From an uncultured bacterium (lineage in GTDB: Bacteria > JAGOEH01), in assembly GCA_964632485.1 (NCBI GenBank), contig CAZWDO010000001.1:1-64000 (forward strand): a DNA stretch of 64,000 bases. The letters run 5' to 3'. Positions 54,275 to 63,523 of this stretch are shown here, in pieces; the stretch's first letter is position 1, and each line of letters begins with the position of its first letter. The notes under the pieces were generated by a model that made no database searches, was not told the DNA's origin, and saw only the letters and a list, made by a program, of their open reading frames with translations. The position numbers and the translations under genes were made by a program.

Positions 54275-55693
54275 TTAAAACATCAATGATGGTTGCGTGA
54301 ATCGTTCCTTAACGAAAGCGGGATCAATTTCCGTCGGGTATTTCCCGGTGAAACAAGCCTGACAGAAATAGTCGGCAGGTAAATGCGCGATCCCGGCGAA
54401 CATCCCCTCCACAGAAAGATAACCCAACGTATCAGCGCCCAAAAACTTACGGATCTCTTCCGTTGAATAGGTCGAAGCGATCAGTTTCTCCCGTTCAGGC
54501 GTATCAACACCATAAAAACAGGAGCTGATAATCGGGGGCGAGGCGATACGGAAATGAACTTCCCGCGCCCCGGCGTCCCGAATCATTTTAATAATTTTTT
54601 TACTGGTCGTTCCCCGGACAATCGAATCATCCACCATCACGATGCGTTTGCCTTTAAGCACCGGCGCCAGGGCATTAAACTTGACGCGAACGCCAAATTC
54701 GCGCTTAATTTGCGTGGGATGGATAAAAGTCCGGCCCACGTAATGATTGCGAATTAAACCGAACTCAAACGGAATTTTAAGGGATTGACCATAAGCCAAC
54801 GCCGCCGCATTGCTGGAATCGGGTACCGACATAACCAGATCGGCTTGGGCAGGATGTTCCCTGGCTAATTGGCGCCCCATCTCTTTACGGATAATATCGA
54901 CATATTCGCCAAAAACCAGACTGTCCGGGCGGGCAAAGTAAATATATTCGAACACACAAAACTTGGGTGTTTTTTTCTCAAAAGGAAAATAGGATTGAAT
55001 TGAATTTTTTTCGATCACGATCATTTCACCCGGTTCGACATCGCGAATATACTCGGCGCCAATAATATCAAATGCGCAACTCTCAGATGCCAGAACAACC
55101 CCGTCGTCGAGTTTCCCGATGGCCAGCGGACGGAATCCCCGGGGATCGCGCACCGCAACCAGGCATTGAGGGGCGATAAAAAGCAGCGAATAGGCGCCTT
55201 CGACCCGTTTTAAAGCGTCAATTATCATTCCTGGTAACGTCTCCGCTTTAGAGCGGGCAATTAAGTGCATAATGATTTCACTATCCATCGTTGTCTGAAA
55301 AATCGAACCAAGCTGTTCCATTTCACGGCGCAAACTATATGTATTGGTCAAATTTCCATTATGCGCGATACCCAGCTTGCCTTTTTTAAAATTGACTACC
55401 ATAGGCTGAATATTTTCCTTGAGATTGCCGCCGGTGGTGGAATAGCGATTGTGGCCGATGGCGATTGATCCGGCCAGATATTTGTCGATCACTTCCTCTT
55501 TATTAAAAACGTCATTGACATACCCTTTTTTCTTATATAGATAGATTTCCTCGCCATCCGTGGTGGCAATCCCGCAACTCTCCTGCCCCCGATGCTGCAG
55601 GGCATAAAGGCCTAGATAGGCCAAATGAGCGGCATGGGGATGACCAAACACTCCAAAGATACCGCACTCTTCGTGCCAGGTGGAAAAATCCAT
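54275..55693 (-). CDS. purF: Amidophosphoribosyltransferase (propeptide/Fe-S type)
   Basis: EECGIFG, LQHRGQE, GHNRYST, HNGN, VDDSIVRGTT, C.AC. Confidence 0.98.
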   Translation of the reverse strand: MDFSTWHEECGIFGVFGHPHAAHLAYLGLYALQHRGQESCGIATTDGEEIYLYKKKGYVNDVFNKEEVIDKYLAGSIAIGHNRYSTTGGNLKENIQPMVVNFKKGKLGIAHNGNLTNTYSLRREMEQLGSIFQTTMDSEIIMHLIARSKAETLPGMIIDALKRVEGAYSLLFIAPQCLVAVRDPRGFRPLAIGKLDDGVVLASESCAFDIIGAEYIRDVEPGEMIVIEKNSIQSYFPFEKKTPKFCVFEYIYFARPDSLVFGEYVDIIRKEMGRQLAREHPAQADLVMSVPDSSNAAALAYGQSLKIPFEFGLIRNHYVGRTFIHPTQIKREFGVRVKFNALAPVLKGKRIVMVDDSIVRGTTSKKIIKMIRDAGAREVHFRIASPPIISSCFYGVDTPEREKLIASTYSTEEIRKFLGADTLGYLSVEGMFAGIAHLPADYFCQACFTGKYPTEIDPAFVKERFTQPSLMF

Positions 55694-55694
55694 T

Positions 55695-55952
55695 CTATCC
55701 TCCGAGATAAATTCGTATCAATTGCCATTGCTGAAGCCGGGTGTCATAACTGACCTCGAAACAATCAGCGCCATTTTTTACCATAACAGAAAAAAATAAT
55801 TTTTGGAACATGCCCTCCTTGGTCATCCAATCACTCACCACTCTGGCAATATGATAGGAGCGGTTTTTCCAACGAAACCGAAGAGGGACCACTTTGCCGC
55901 CCCTGTCAAACAGGGAAATTACATCGATAGTTTCATTGATTGCTTCGATCAT
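55695..55952 (-). CDS. Small DUF6504/YqjX-like protein downstream of lexA
   Basis: 'PLRFRW..R.Y.I..V...W......FFSV.......FE..YD.....WQL' pattern; RBS gaggga. Confidence 0.65.
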   Translation of the reverse strand: MIEAINETIDVISLFDRGGKVVPLRFRWKNRSYHIARVVSDWMTKEGMFQKLFFSVMVKNGADCFEVSYDTRLQQWQLIRIYLGG

Positions 55953-55964
55953 CGGTTCCCTCGC

Positions 55965-56573
55965 TTAAGTAAATTGTTTACGAACCAGACCTACAACCTT
56001 ACCCAGAATTCTGAAATTCCCATTGGCAGCGGAAATCACAATGGGAGTAAAAGCCGAATTTTCCGGGATCAAACAGATTTCTTTTCCACGGCGCTGAAAA
56101 CGCTTAACCGTCATTTCGCCATCCACGGAAAAGACTCCGATCTCATTTTGTTGCAAGGTGTCCCGCACTTCGACAATCAAGCAGTCGCCGGAATGAATTC
56201 CGGCATTGATCATGCTGTCGCCCTGGACTTCAAGGGCATAAGTTTCCTGACGGCTGAACCAACTTTTTTCCAGGGGCAAATAGTCGATAATATTGGCTTC
56301 CGATAAAACCGGCTGCCCAGCCGCTACTCGTCCCAACAAGGGAATACCGCGCATACGAGCCGTCAGCCGAATTCCGCGCGATAATTTATCAACGCGATCA
56401 ATATATCCTTTTTCAACCAACGTTTGCAGATGTTTCCATACACCCGCCGAGGAATGGATACCCACAAGTTGGCCGATCTCCCGGATAGAAGGCGGATAAC
56501 CCCGTTCACGTACGGTCTCCTGGATGGTTTGCAGTATCTCCGCTTGACGCGGCGTCAGTTTATTCGTTTTCAT
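55965..56573 (-). CDS. lexA: SOS repressor LexA
   Basis: 'LT.RQ..IL', 'GYPPSIREI', cleavage site 'VAAG', 'GDSM', 'TVKR'. Confidence 0.97.
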   Translation of the reverse strand: MKTNKLTPRQAEILQTIQETVRERGYPPSIREIGQLVGIHSSAGVWKHLQTLVEKGYIDRVDKLSRGIRLTARMRGIPLLGRVAAGQPVLSEANIIDYLPLEKSWFSRQETYALEVQGDSMINAGIHSGDCLIVEVRDTLQQNEIGVFSVDGEMTVKRFQRRGKEICLIPENSAFTPIVISAANGNFRILGKVVGLVRKQFT

Positions 56574-56579
56574 CTCATC

Positions 56580-56608
56580 AATATAATAAACAAATGTTCA
56601 CTTGTCAA
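56580..56608 (-). promoter_or_regulatory. lexA promoter with embedded candidate SOS box
   Basis: TTGACA-N17-TATATT-N6-ATG; spacer contains TGAAC-ATTT-GTTTA (56587-56600). Confidence 0.75.
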
Positions 56609-56841
56609 GCCTTTTTTTATTATTTTTTTTCATATTGCAAATCGCTTAGACAATCCCGGGTATTTTTATAGATATTAGACTGATTTTGCGGGCCGGATGA
56701 ACAGCTCTCAAAGCGACCTGGCTGCAGAAACGTAATAGGAAAGGGATTGAGGAGTAAATCAGGAATTTAAAAACATCCCGGCGATAATTTAAGGGATGAG
56801 GTATGGTATAGTAATAGAATGATGCGCATAATTTTTGGGCA

Positions 56842-56896
56842 TAAAAAAAAAGGACAGGGTATGAGACGTTAATTAAACGTTTCATACCCTGTCCTT
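56842..56896 (-). terminator. Long-stem intrinsic terminator downstream of the tRNA
   Basis: aaggacagggtatgagacgtt / aacgtttcataccctgtcctt stem, followed on the minus strand by a T run. Confidence 0.8.
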
Positions 56897-56903
56897 AAAG
56901 TTT

Positions 56904-56977
56904 TGCACCCGGCGGGAATCGAACCCACAACCTCAGACTCCGGAGGCCTGCACTCTGTCCAATTGAGCTACGGGTGC
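56904..56977 (-). tRNA. tRNA-Arg(CCG), CCA not encoded
   Basis: GCACCCG TAGCTCAATTGGACAGAG; anticodon arm CAGGC-CTCCGGA-GTCTG; GGTTCGATTCC; CGGGTGCA. Confidence 0.95.
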
Positions 56978-56985
56978 GTTACTAT

Positions 56986-57702
56986 TCAATACTTGTAATA
57001 TCGATCGGCGACGGGAACGGCCTTATTCATAACAATTTCCCGCCGTTTAATTTCAATTTTCAACACATCGCCGGATTGCGCATTTCGAATCAGGGTTTCA
57101 ACTTGTTCAATCTGTTTAAGAGATTCTCCATTGATGGATAGCAGGGTATCACCGGGCAAGATATTGACAATAGCCGCGGGATTGTTGGGGATGACCTCGG
57201 AGACCACAATTTGATTCTGCGCGTTCTGCGTTACAGACAATCCAATCCATCCCATGTGATGAATCTGGGAGCTTTGGCTCTGATTTTTCCAAGGATTGTC
57301 GCTCACATTGAGCATTGGATTATCCCCGGAAATAACTGAAAAATTGTTCTTTTCCAGTAAAGAGCCATTCTCTGTCTGACGCCATAATGTAAAGGACCAA
57401 TAAAGGCCAAAAACAGCCACAAGGGTAGCCGCGATATTGAACCAATTATGGTAGCGAGTGTAGATATTATTTTTACCATAATGAGGGTTGCTTATCCGGT
57501 TGTGGAGGTTATCCCAGAAATCCGGAGCTGTTTCAATGCATACGGAATGCGCGAGACAATCATGAATCAGGTTGAGTTCCTGATAGACAACCCGACACCG
57601 CTGGCAGTCGTTTAAATGATTTTTTGCCTGGCAGACCAATTCACTGCTTAAGTTCCCCTCAATTAAATCTGGAATTAATCTGGCAAATTCTTCACATGTC
57701 AT
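56986..57702 (-). CDS. Anti-sigma factor: zf-HC2 zinc finger, TM helix, C-terminal PDZ domain
   Basis: 'MTC...HL..C..C'; TM helix; PDZ 'GWIGLSV...V..V....PA....ILPGD.L.SING'. Confidence 0.88.
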   Translation of the reverse strand: MTCEEFARLIPDLIEGNLSSELVCQAKNHLNDCQRCRVVYQELNLIHDCLAHSVCIETAPDFWDNLHNRISNPHYGKNNIYTRYHNWFNIAATLVAVFGLYWSFTLWRQTENGSLLEKNNFSVISGDNPMLNVSDNPWKNQSQSSQIHHMGWIGLSVTQNAQNQIVVSEVIPNNPAAIVNILPGDTLLSINGESLKQIEQVETLIRNAQSGDVLKIEIKRREIVMNKAVPVADRYYKY

Positions 57703-58303
57703 TCTTCGCTCCTACCGTTTTAATCCGGTTTAATTTGTGAAGTTTCTTTCTTAGCTGCAGCCTTCCACGGTTGATCCGCGATTTTACGGTTCCCTTGGGA
57801 ACTTTCAAAATTTCAGCGATCTCATCATACGTTAAATTTTGGATATCACGCATAATAACCGCTTGCTTGAACTGATCTCCGATCGCGGACAAAGTTTTTA
57901 ACACTTCTTCACGAGTAAAAGTTCCCGAAATTTCTTTTTCCGTATCGCTGTGCGCGAAAAAAAATTCGCGGATAAATTCTTCACCGTCATCTTTGTCCAC
58001 AGTCAGTGACACAAACCGCCATTTGCTTCTCTTTTTTAATTCCGTTTTAGCTAAATTCAAGGCAATCGTGTAGATATAGGTTGAAAAATTAGCCAATGGA
58101 ATATAGCGCTTACGGCTTTGGTAGAGCCTGACAAACGTTTCCTGGGTAATATCCTCGGATAAATGATAATCATCCATATAGCGATAAACAAAATTAATAA
58201 TACGGTTTTTATACCGGTTGACTAATTCCTCAAACGCTTTTTCATGGTCTTCCTTGACCATGAGCATCAATTCCGTATCGGAAAGTTCTGTTAATTCAGC
58301 CAA
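57692..58303 (-). CDS. ECF RNA polymerase sigma factor (SigW/RpoE-like)
   Basis: 'AFEELV.RY', 'EDITQETF', 'FSTYIY.IA.N', 'YDEIAEIL..P.GTVKSRINRGR'; TTG start after ggag (ORF track gives 58330). Confidence 0.93.
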   Translation of the reverse strand: MAELTELSDTELMLMVKEDHEKAFEELVNRYKNRIINFVYRYMDDYHLSEDITQETFVRLYQSRKRYIPLANFSTYIYTIALNLAKTELKKRSKWRFVSLTVDKDDGEEFIREFFFAHSDTEKEISGTFTREEVLKTLSAIGDQFKQAVIMRDIQNLTYDEIAEILKVPKGTVKSRINRGRLQLRKKLHKLNRIKTVGAKNDM

Positions 58304-58304
58304 T

Positions 58305-58808
58305 TCATGCTCCAGTCTTATTGGATTCAATTTCTTGACTTAGCAGGCGAACAACTTTTTCAAACTTTTTCCGATTGGGTTCATTCAATTCACTCAAGGT
58401 TCGATGGGCTTCTAAAATCTCTTCACCATTAATAGATTGTTCTTTCTGCACTAATTCGATCAGAGGTAAATCCGTCAAATCAACATCCATATCCCGATGG
58501 ATATCGCAAATTTGGGGGAATCCCAATTGCCGGAACTGATCGTGAAGCGTTTCCGAAAGATTAATGAAATCAAATTTTCGATTCGTTTCTTTTAAAAATT
58601 TTACTGCGTTCGATGCTAAAATTCCAAATGATGTAGAATCCAGATATTCAGCTTGTTTTAAATCAATGATGACATCCTTGAATTGAACAATAGCAATGCT
58701 TTTAAAAAAAAATTTTAAGGGCGCGACATTTTTCATGTTGATTTGCCCTTGCAGTCGAATCAATAAGCGATCCTGAAAATTTCCAGCATAAAATTGGGGT
58801 TCCATCAT
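58305..58808 (-). CDS. STAS-domain anti-sigma factor antagonist
   Basis: 'VIIDL....YLDSTSFG.L'; C-terminal 'ILEAH..L...N'. Confidence 0.85.
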   Translation of the reverse strand: MMEPQFYAGNFQDRLLIRLQGQINMKNVAPLKFFFKSIAIVQFKDVIIDLKQAEYLDSTSFGILASNAVKFLKETNRKFDFINLSETLHDQFRQLGFPQICDIHRDMDVDLTDLPLIELVQKEQSINGEEILEAHRTLSELNEPNRKKFEKVVRLLSQEIESNKTGA

Positions 58809-58810
58809 GT

Positions 58811-60043
58811 TTATATTCCTGTTTGGAGTTTTCGTCTTATAATAAATAACGTAAGATCATCAGAAAAGTTCTCGCCTTCAATAAAATGCCGGATATCATG
58901 GATTAATTCAGGGATAGCCAGTTCTAAGCGATTGTCCAAAACTTCCTGCAGTTTATGGCAGAATCGATTAACTCCGTAATACATTTTATTCGGATTACGG
59001 GCTTCAACAATTCCATCGGTATAAAGAACAATGGCATCCCCGGGCTGAATAATAATTGATTGATTATGATAATCCGAGCCTTCGATCAAAGAAAGTGGAT
59101 AGGAATTAATTTGCGGCAAAGCTTCAACTGTTCGCAGATTTTGATGATAATAGAGGGCCGGGTGATGGCCGGCGGCGCTATAGACCATTTCGCCGGTTTT
59201 CGGGTTGATATAACAACAACTCATTGTCATAAAGCAACTATCAGAAGTATTCCGAAAAAGAGAGCTATCGATTTTAGTCAATATGGCGGCCGGGTCATTC
59301 AAGAGCCGGGACGATTCTTCGGCCAGGATTTTGGCCATGGCCATCACGACGGCGGCATAAGCGCCATGGCCCGATACATCACCTATAAAAACGGACCATT
59401 GTCCATTATCCAATTCGATTAAATCATAATAGTCGCCGCCGGCTTCACCCGAAGGCTGATAAAAAACAGCGAATTCCCACTCAGCATTGACCGGGAACAG
59501 ATGGGTCAGTAATTGCTTTTGAATTTCGCCGACCGATCGCAATTCATCGTCCAAGCGTTCTTTTTTAATCCGAATATCATTTCCTACCTGAACGGAGTCC
59601 CGATAGGCATCCTCAATGATTTCGAAAGCTTTTGCCAGTTCAGTATTTTTTTTACCAAGGTCGCGCACCAGGTCCAGCGCTCGAACAATGGCACGAACGC
59701 GACTGATGATTTCGATCTCTTCAATGGGTTTGGCAATATAATCGTCCGCGCCGGCATGTAAACTCTGGTGCATCTTGGCGCGGGAATTTATCCCGCTCAA
59801 AACTAAAACCGGGGTATTACGAAATTCCTGACGGGCGCGCAGCCATTGTATAAACTGGATTCCGTCAATTTTAGGCATTTCTATATCGGTTATAATTATA
59901 TCGGGGTGATTATCTTTGAGAATACGGATCGCTTCCATGGCATCCCCCGCCAAAATCGTTTCCCATCCATATTTTTCGAGTATCGCTTGTAATTGGGAAC
60001 GAACCAATAAGGAATCATCAACCGCTAAAATCTTATAACTCAT
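58811..60043 (-). CDS. Response regulator-PP2C (SpoIIE/RsbU-type) phosphatase
   Basis: REC 'ILAVDD...TDIEMP...KP'; 'GGDYYD', 'GDVSGHG', 'YTDG', 'DDLT'. Confidence 0.93.
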   Translation of the reverse strand: MSYKILAVDDSLLVRSQLQAILEKYGWETILAGDAMEAIRILKDNHPDIIITDIEMPKIDGIQFIQWLRARQEFRNTPVLVLSGINSRAKMHQSLHAGADDYIAKPIEEIEIISRVRAIVRALDLVRDLGKKNTELAKAFEIIEDAYRDSVQVGNDIRIKKERLDDELRSVGEIQKQLLTHLFPVNAEWEFAVFYQPSGEAGGDYYDLIELDNGQWSVFIGDVSGHGAYAAVVMAMAKILAEESSRLLNDPAAILTKIDSSLFRNTSDSCFMTMSCCYINPKTGEMVYSAAGHHPALYYHQNLRTVEALPQINSYPLSLIEGSDYHNQSIIIQPGDAIVLYTDGIVEARNPNKMYYGVNRFCHKLQEVLDNRLELAIPELIHDIRHFIEGENFSDDLTLFIIRRKLQTGI

Positions 60044-60927
60044 TGCAATACCCTGACCATTTTTTGGAATCGGGATTTCCGCTCAGGTTCCAGTTTCCCC
60101 ATTAAACTATTCGCCGCGATTATTTTTTCTACCAGTTCCTTGCGTTTTGCAGGAGAACGATGCGCTTTATAATGCCCTTCCAAATGTTGGGGCAAGCATT
60201 CAATAAAGCTGATCATGGCCGATGGCGCATACCCGGCATCCTGCAAAATGATCAACGCCAGGGAATCAGCTTCATCCTCCTGATCGACACTGAAACCATT
60301 CAGTACTTTCTGAGAAATAGCGCCGACGAAACCGTCAAAAATATTCGTCAGTTCCTTTAAATCTTCATTAAGGTATTTTTCTCCCGCTTTTCGTCCGGCA
60401 AATTTGAGCATGGATTTAAAAAAATCGAGGCGCTTGCTTTTGGAGATTGCGGAGAGGGCATGTTGCCGGCAGATATGGCCAATTTCATGCGCCAAAACGG
60501 CGGCCAATTCATCTTCAGTGTGGCAAAGCCGGATCAATCCACTTGTGATTAAAACATGGCCCCCGGGAGATGCATAGGCATTGATGAGCGTATCGTTATC
60601 CAGCACCGCAAAGGTATATCCTTTAAAAAGGTAGGGTTTAGGAGAAAACATCACCAGAAACTGTCCCATCAAATTTAAATAGGAATTAAAAGATTCGATC
60701 CGGGTGGCGGGCGGATAGCGGGTCATAATTGTTGCGGCCACAGCGCGCCCCAAATAATATTCTTCCTTAGGAGTGAAGTCGCGCATGGCATCGGCGGCTT
60801 TACCCGCTAATTGCAGCCCTTCCTTCATATCCTGATTTGAGGTAAACTCGCTGAGCGTCTTCAATTGTTCGGAAGTGAGACAAAAGCAAAACAAACACAG
60901 TAATATTGGCACTGCCATGAATCTCAT
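60040..60927 (-). CDS. M48-family zinc metallopeptidase, likely lipoprotein/secreted
   Basis: 'INAYA.PGG.V.IT.GL', 'LAAVLAHEIGH', 'E.EAD', 'AGY.P'. Confidence 0.9.
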   Translation of the reverse strand: MRFMAVPILLCLFCFCLTSEQLKTLSEFTSNQDMKEGLQLAGKAADAMRDFTPKEEYYLGRAVAATIMTRYPPATRIESFNSYLNLMGQFLVMFSPKPYLFKGYTFAVLDNDTLINAYASPGGHVLITSGLIRLCHTEDELAAVLAHEIGHICRQHALSAISKSKRLDFFKSMLKFAGRKAGEKYLNEDLKELTNIFDGFVGAISQKVLNGFSVDQEDEADSLALIILQDAGYAPSAMISFIECLPQHLEGHYKAHRSPAKRKELVEKIIAANSLMGKLEPERKSRFQKMVRVLQ

Positions 60928-61397
60928 GGTTGACCTCCTTGAGTCTGAAATTCTCCCAACTTGCCAATTTTTCGAAAATTGGTTCCTTGACTCGAAAAAT
61001 CAGTTTTCAAGGCTTCTTTTTCAATCAGATCAACTCGGTCAAAGCGTAAATCACCGCTTTGTTGATACGATTTTTCAACCTGTTCGTCAAATCCTTTAGT
61101 AGCAGCGGCCACATCGTCGCCGGCATGCCGTTCTTTCGTATCGGCTGTAAGCTTAATCTCTTTTTTAGTTAATGCCGATTGATGGATATAGGCGGTTTTC
61201 CCCTGATATTGACACTGAAAAAAAGCGCCTTCATGGTTCTGAACGTTCACTTTATCGCCATATTTCAACTGTCCCAACTGTTTGCCAAAGAGATTAGGTT
61301 TGTCAAGCAACTTCGCTTTTTCCACAGTGATGTACATATTATCAGCCATTATCCAGGAAACAGCCATTAAAAATAAAAAAAAGGCATACTTCAACAT
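60924..61397 (-). CDS. Secreted SH3-like domain protein
   Basis: Signal peptide; 'L..KP........LKYGDKV.V......F.........AYIH'; 'AAATKGF...VE..Y'. Confidence 0.75.
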   Translation of the reverse strand: MLKYAFFLFLMAVSWIMADNMYITVEKAKLLDKPNLFGKQLGQLKYGDKVNVQNHEGAFFQCQYQGKTAYIHQSALTKKEIKLTADTKERHAGDDVAAATKGFDEQVEKSYQQSGDLRFDRVDLIEKEALKTDFSSQGTNFRKIGKLGEFQTQGGQP

Positions 61398-61414
61398 AAT
61401 TACTCCTTTCCCTT

Positions 61415-63520
61415 TTATTTAGTTGTAAAGGTAAAAACGCCATTCCATGAGTCAGGGGGGCGTGTTATCAACGTTTCACAACGACTTTTAAAAACTACCG
61501 CCGGGGGATCATCAACAGCGATTCTATCAAAGCCGAACCGCGCTCTTTCAAATTCGCCCCGATAGTAAAGAGCCAACGCTTCGCCAAACATCTCCAGCCG
61601 TTCACGGATTTCATTTGATAAATCTTCAGTTAAGCCAACCAATTGATAAATACGAGTCGGCTCACTTTTCCCCTTGACCTGGATACGATCCAACTCCCGC
61701 GCGGTGAAAGAACGGTCCAATAGCCGGATAGTTTCTTCTCCGGTTGTTATCCACGTATTATAATATTTATTGATACCTTCAAGGCGGGATGCCAGATTGA
61801 CCCGATCGCCCAGAACCGTATAGTTTAATTTTTTGCTGGAACCCATCATGCCGGCCACTACTTCACCACTGGTGATTCCAATTCGTACTTTTAGCTGAAA
61901 TGGGAAACCCTTCTCATTCAGTTTCCGGTTTATCTTCGGCATCTCTTTTTGGATAGTAATAGCGGATGAACAGGCCAGCCGGGCATGATCGGGGTTGGCG
62001 ACAGGCGCGCCCCAGAATGCCATGACAGCATCCCCAATAAATTTATCAATATAGCCCTGGTTATCTTCTACGATCACTTTGGTCACATCATCCAGATAAA
62101 TATTAAGCAACTGAATGAGTTCCGCCGGCGTAATTTTTTCCGAAAGGGTAGTAAAATCTGCGATATCCGAAAAAAAAACTGAAGCTTCCACCGATTTTCC
62201 ACCCACATTGAGCTTCTCCGGATGAATGATCAAGTCTTTCATAATTACCGGAGAGACCAATTGGGAAAAGGCCGATTGAATAAACTGTTTCTGGCGTTTC
62301 TGCCGGTAGTATGCCACCATCGTTTGGTCTATATAACCGAAGAGGATGGCGCTTACATATAATGTATAAGGAAAAATCAAATTAATATAGCGGTAGGCAA
62401 GTATAAAAAAAAGCGCAAGAAAAGCCAGACTTGCGACAAACCCGGTCATACTCCAAAGGATATGGCGTTCATTCACCAGGATGCAACCGAGCAATGCAAG
62501 GCCCAAAACAACGAGACCCGTATATAACCAGGAATCTACTTTCCGCGAGAAATCAAAATTAACCAGATTATTATAAAAAGTACCATGAATATGGACTCCA
62601 GGATCAAGGGAATGAAACGGATTGGGTCTCAAGTCTTTCAAGCCGGGAGCCGTTGAACCGATAAAAACTGATTTCCCTCTAAAAAAACCGGGCGGGATGG
62701 GTGATTCTTCGGGAAGTTGTTCCACCATCTGTTTGATATAAGCGCTCATAACGGTGCGTAGCGGATAAACGGGATAGGCATCAAAAGGACCGTAATATCT
62801 CAGATTGACACTACCATCACGATTCAGCGGCATTCGCCGATTGCCGATCCGCAGGGCATCGCTTTCACGCTCCAGCTCGGCCCGGCCACTTCCATACCAA
62901 AACCCGGCAAAAGTTAAACTCGGGCATAGTGTACCGTTTAATTCAAACAGCGGATAGGCCCGACGGTTTATGCCATCAGGATCGTTCACAAAATTTACCG
63001 CTCCGACAGATGTCAGCGATTGATCAATTATAGCGGCTAAAGGCTGGTATCCCGTATAAACGGGAAATCCGGACGCAGAATGATTTATTATGGTGATCCC
63101 ATAGCGTCGATAAAGCGTATCGTTCTTAGCGATCATTCCAGAATCCAAGACAAAACCCAACGAAACATGTTCATGAAAATGATTTAAAGCGGCCTGAAAG
63201 GCCTGGTCATCTTCCATGCCAAACGATGATGATTCGGAAAAAATAAAATCAAAATAAATATGGCGCGCGCTATCAGCTTCCAGGTATTTAACCAGGCCAG
63301 CATAAAATTCACGCGGCCAGGGCCAGCCATAGCCCAATTCGGATGCCCAGTCCAAACACCCCTGGGTGATCACGGCATATACAATCGAAGAATCAATCCG
63401 TTGCTGGTCAGAGGTGATTCGAGTAATCAGATCCCGGCCCCTGGCATCAAAGAATTCCGGCAGGGAACTCAAAGCCAACAAAAATATCATAAAAAGAGAA
63501 ACAATCCAGGTTTTCCACAT
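61415..63520 (-). CDS. CHASE2-domain class III adenylate/guanylate cyclase
   Basis: 'WPWPR', 'FDF.FSE', 'DPDG..R', 'PGV.IH'; TM helices; 'FSDIADFT..SE', 'DKFIGDAVMAFWGAP', 'GDRVNLASRLE'. Confidence 0.95.
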   Translation of the reverse strand: MWKTWIVSLFMIFLLALSSLPEFFDARGRDLITRITSDQQRIDSSIVYAVITQGCLDWASELGYGWPWPREFYAGLVKYLEADSARHIYFDFIFSESSSFGMEDDQAFQAALNHFHEHVSLGFVLDSGMIAKNDTLYRRYGITIINHSASGFPVYTGYQPLAAIIDQSLTSVGAVNFVNDPDGINRRAYPLFELNGTLCPSLTFAGFWYGSGRAELERESDALRIGNRRMPLNRDGSVNLRYYGPFDAYPVYPLRTVMSAYIKQMVEQLPEESPIPPGFFRGKSVFIGSTAPGLKDLRPNPFHSLDPGVHIHGTFYNNLVNFDFSRKVDSWLYTGLVVLGLALLGCILVNERHILWSMTGFVASLAFLALFFILAYRYINLIFPYTLYVSAILFGYIDQTMVAYYRQKRQKQFIQSAFSQLVSPVIMKDLIIHPEKLNVGGKSVEASVFFSDIADFTTLSEKITPAELIQLLNIYLDDVTKVIVEDNQGYIDKFIGDAVMAFWGAPVANPDHARLACSSAITIQKEMPKINRKLNEKGFPFQLKVRIGITSGEVVAGMMGSSKKLNYTVLGDRVNLASRLEGINKYYNTWITTGEETIRLLDRSFTARELDRIQVKGKSEPTRIYQLVGLTEDLSNEIRERLEMFGEALALYYRGEFERARFGFDRIAVDDPPAVVFKSRCETLITRPPDSWNGVFTFTTK

Positions 63521-63523
63521 GCG

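Noticed and set aside
56904-56977. tRNA as integration site for the island
   Set aside because: No integrase and no duplicated tRNA 3' end noticed; the flanks are core genes.
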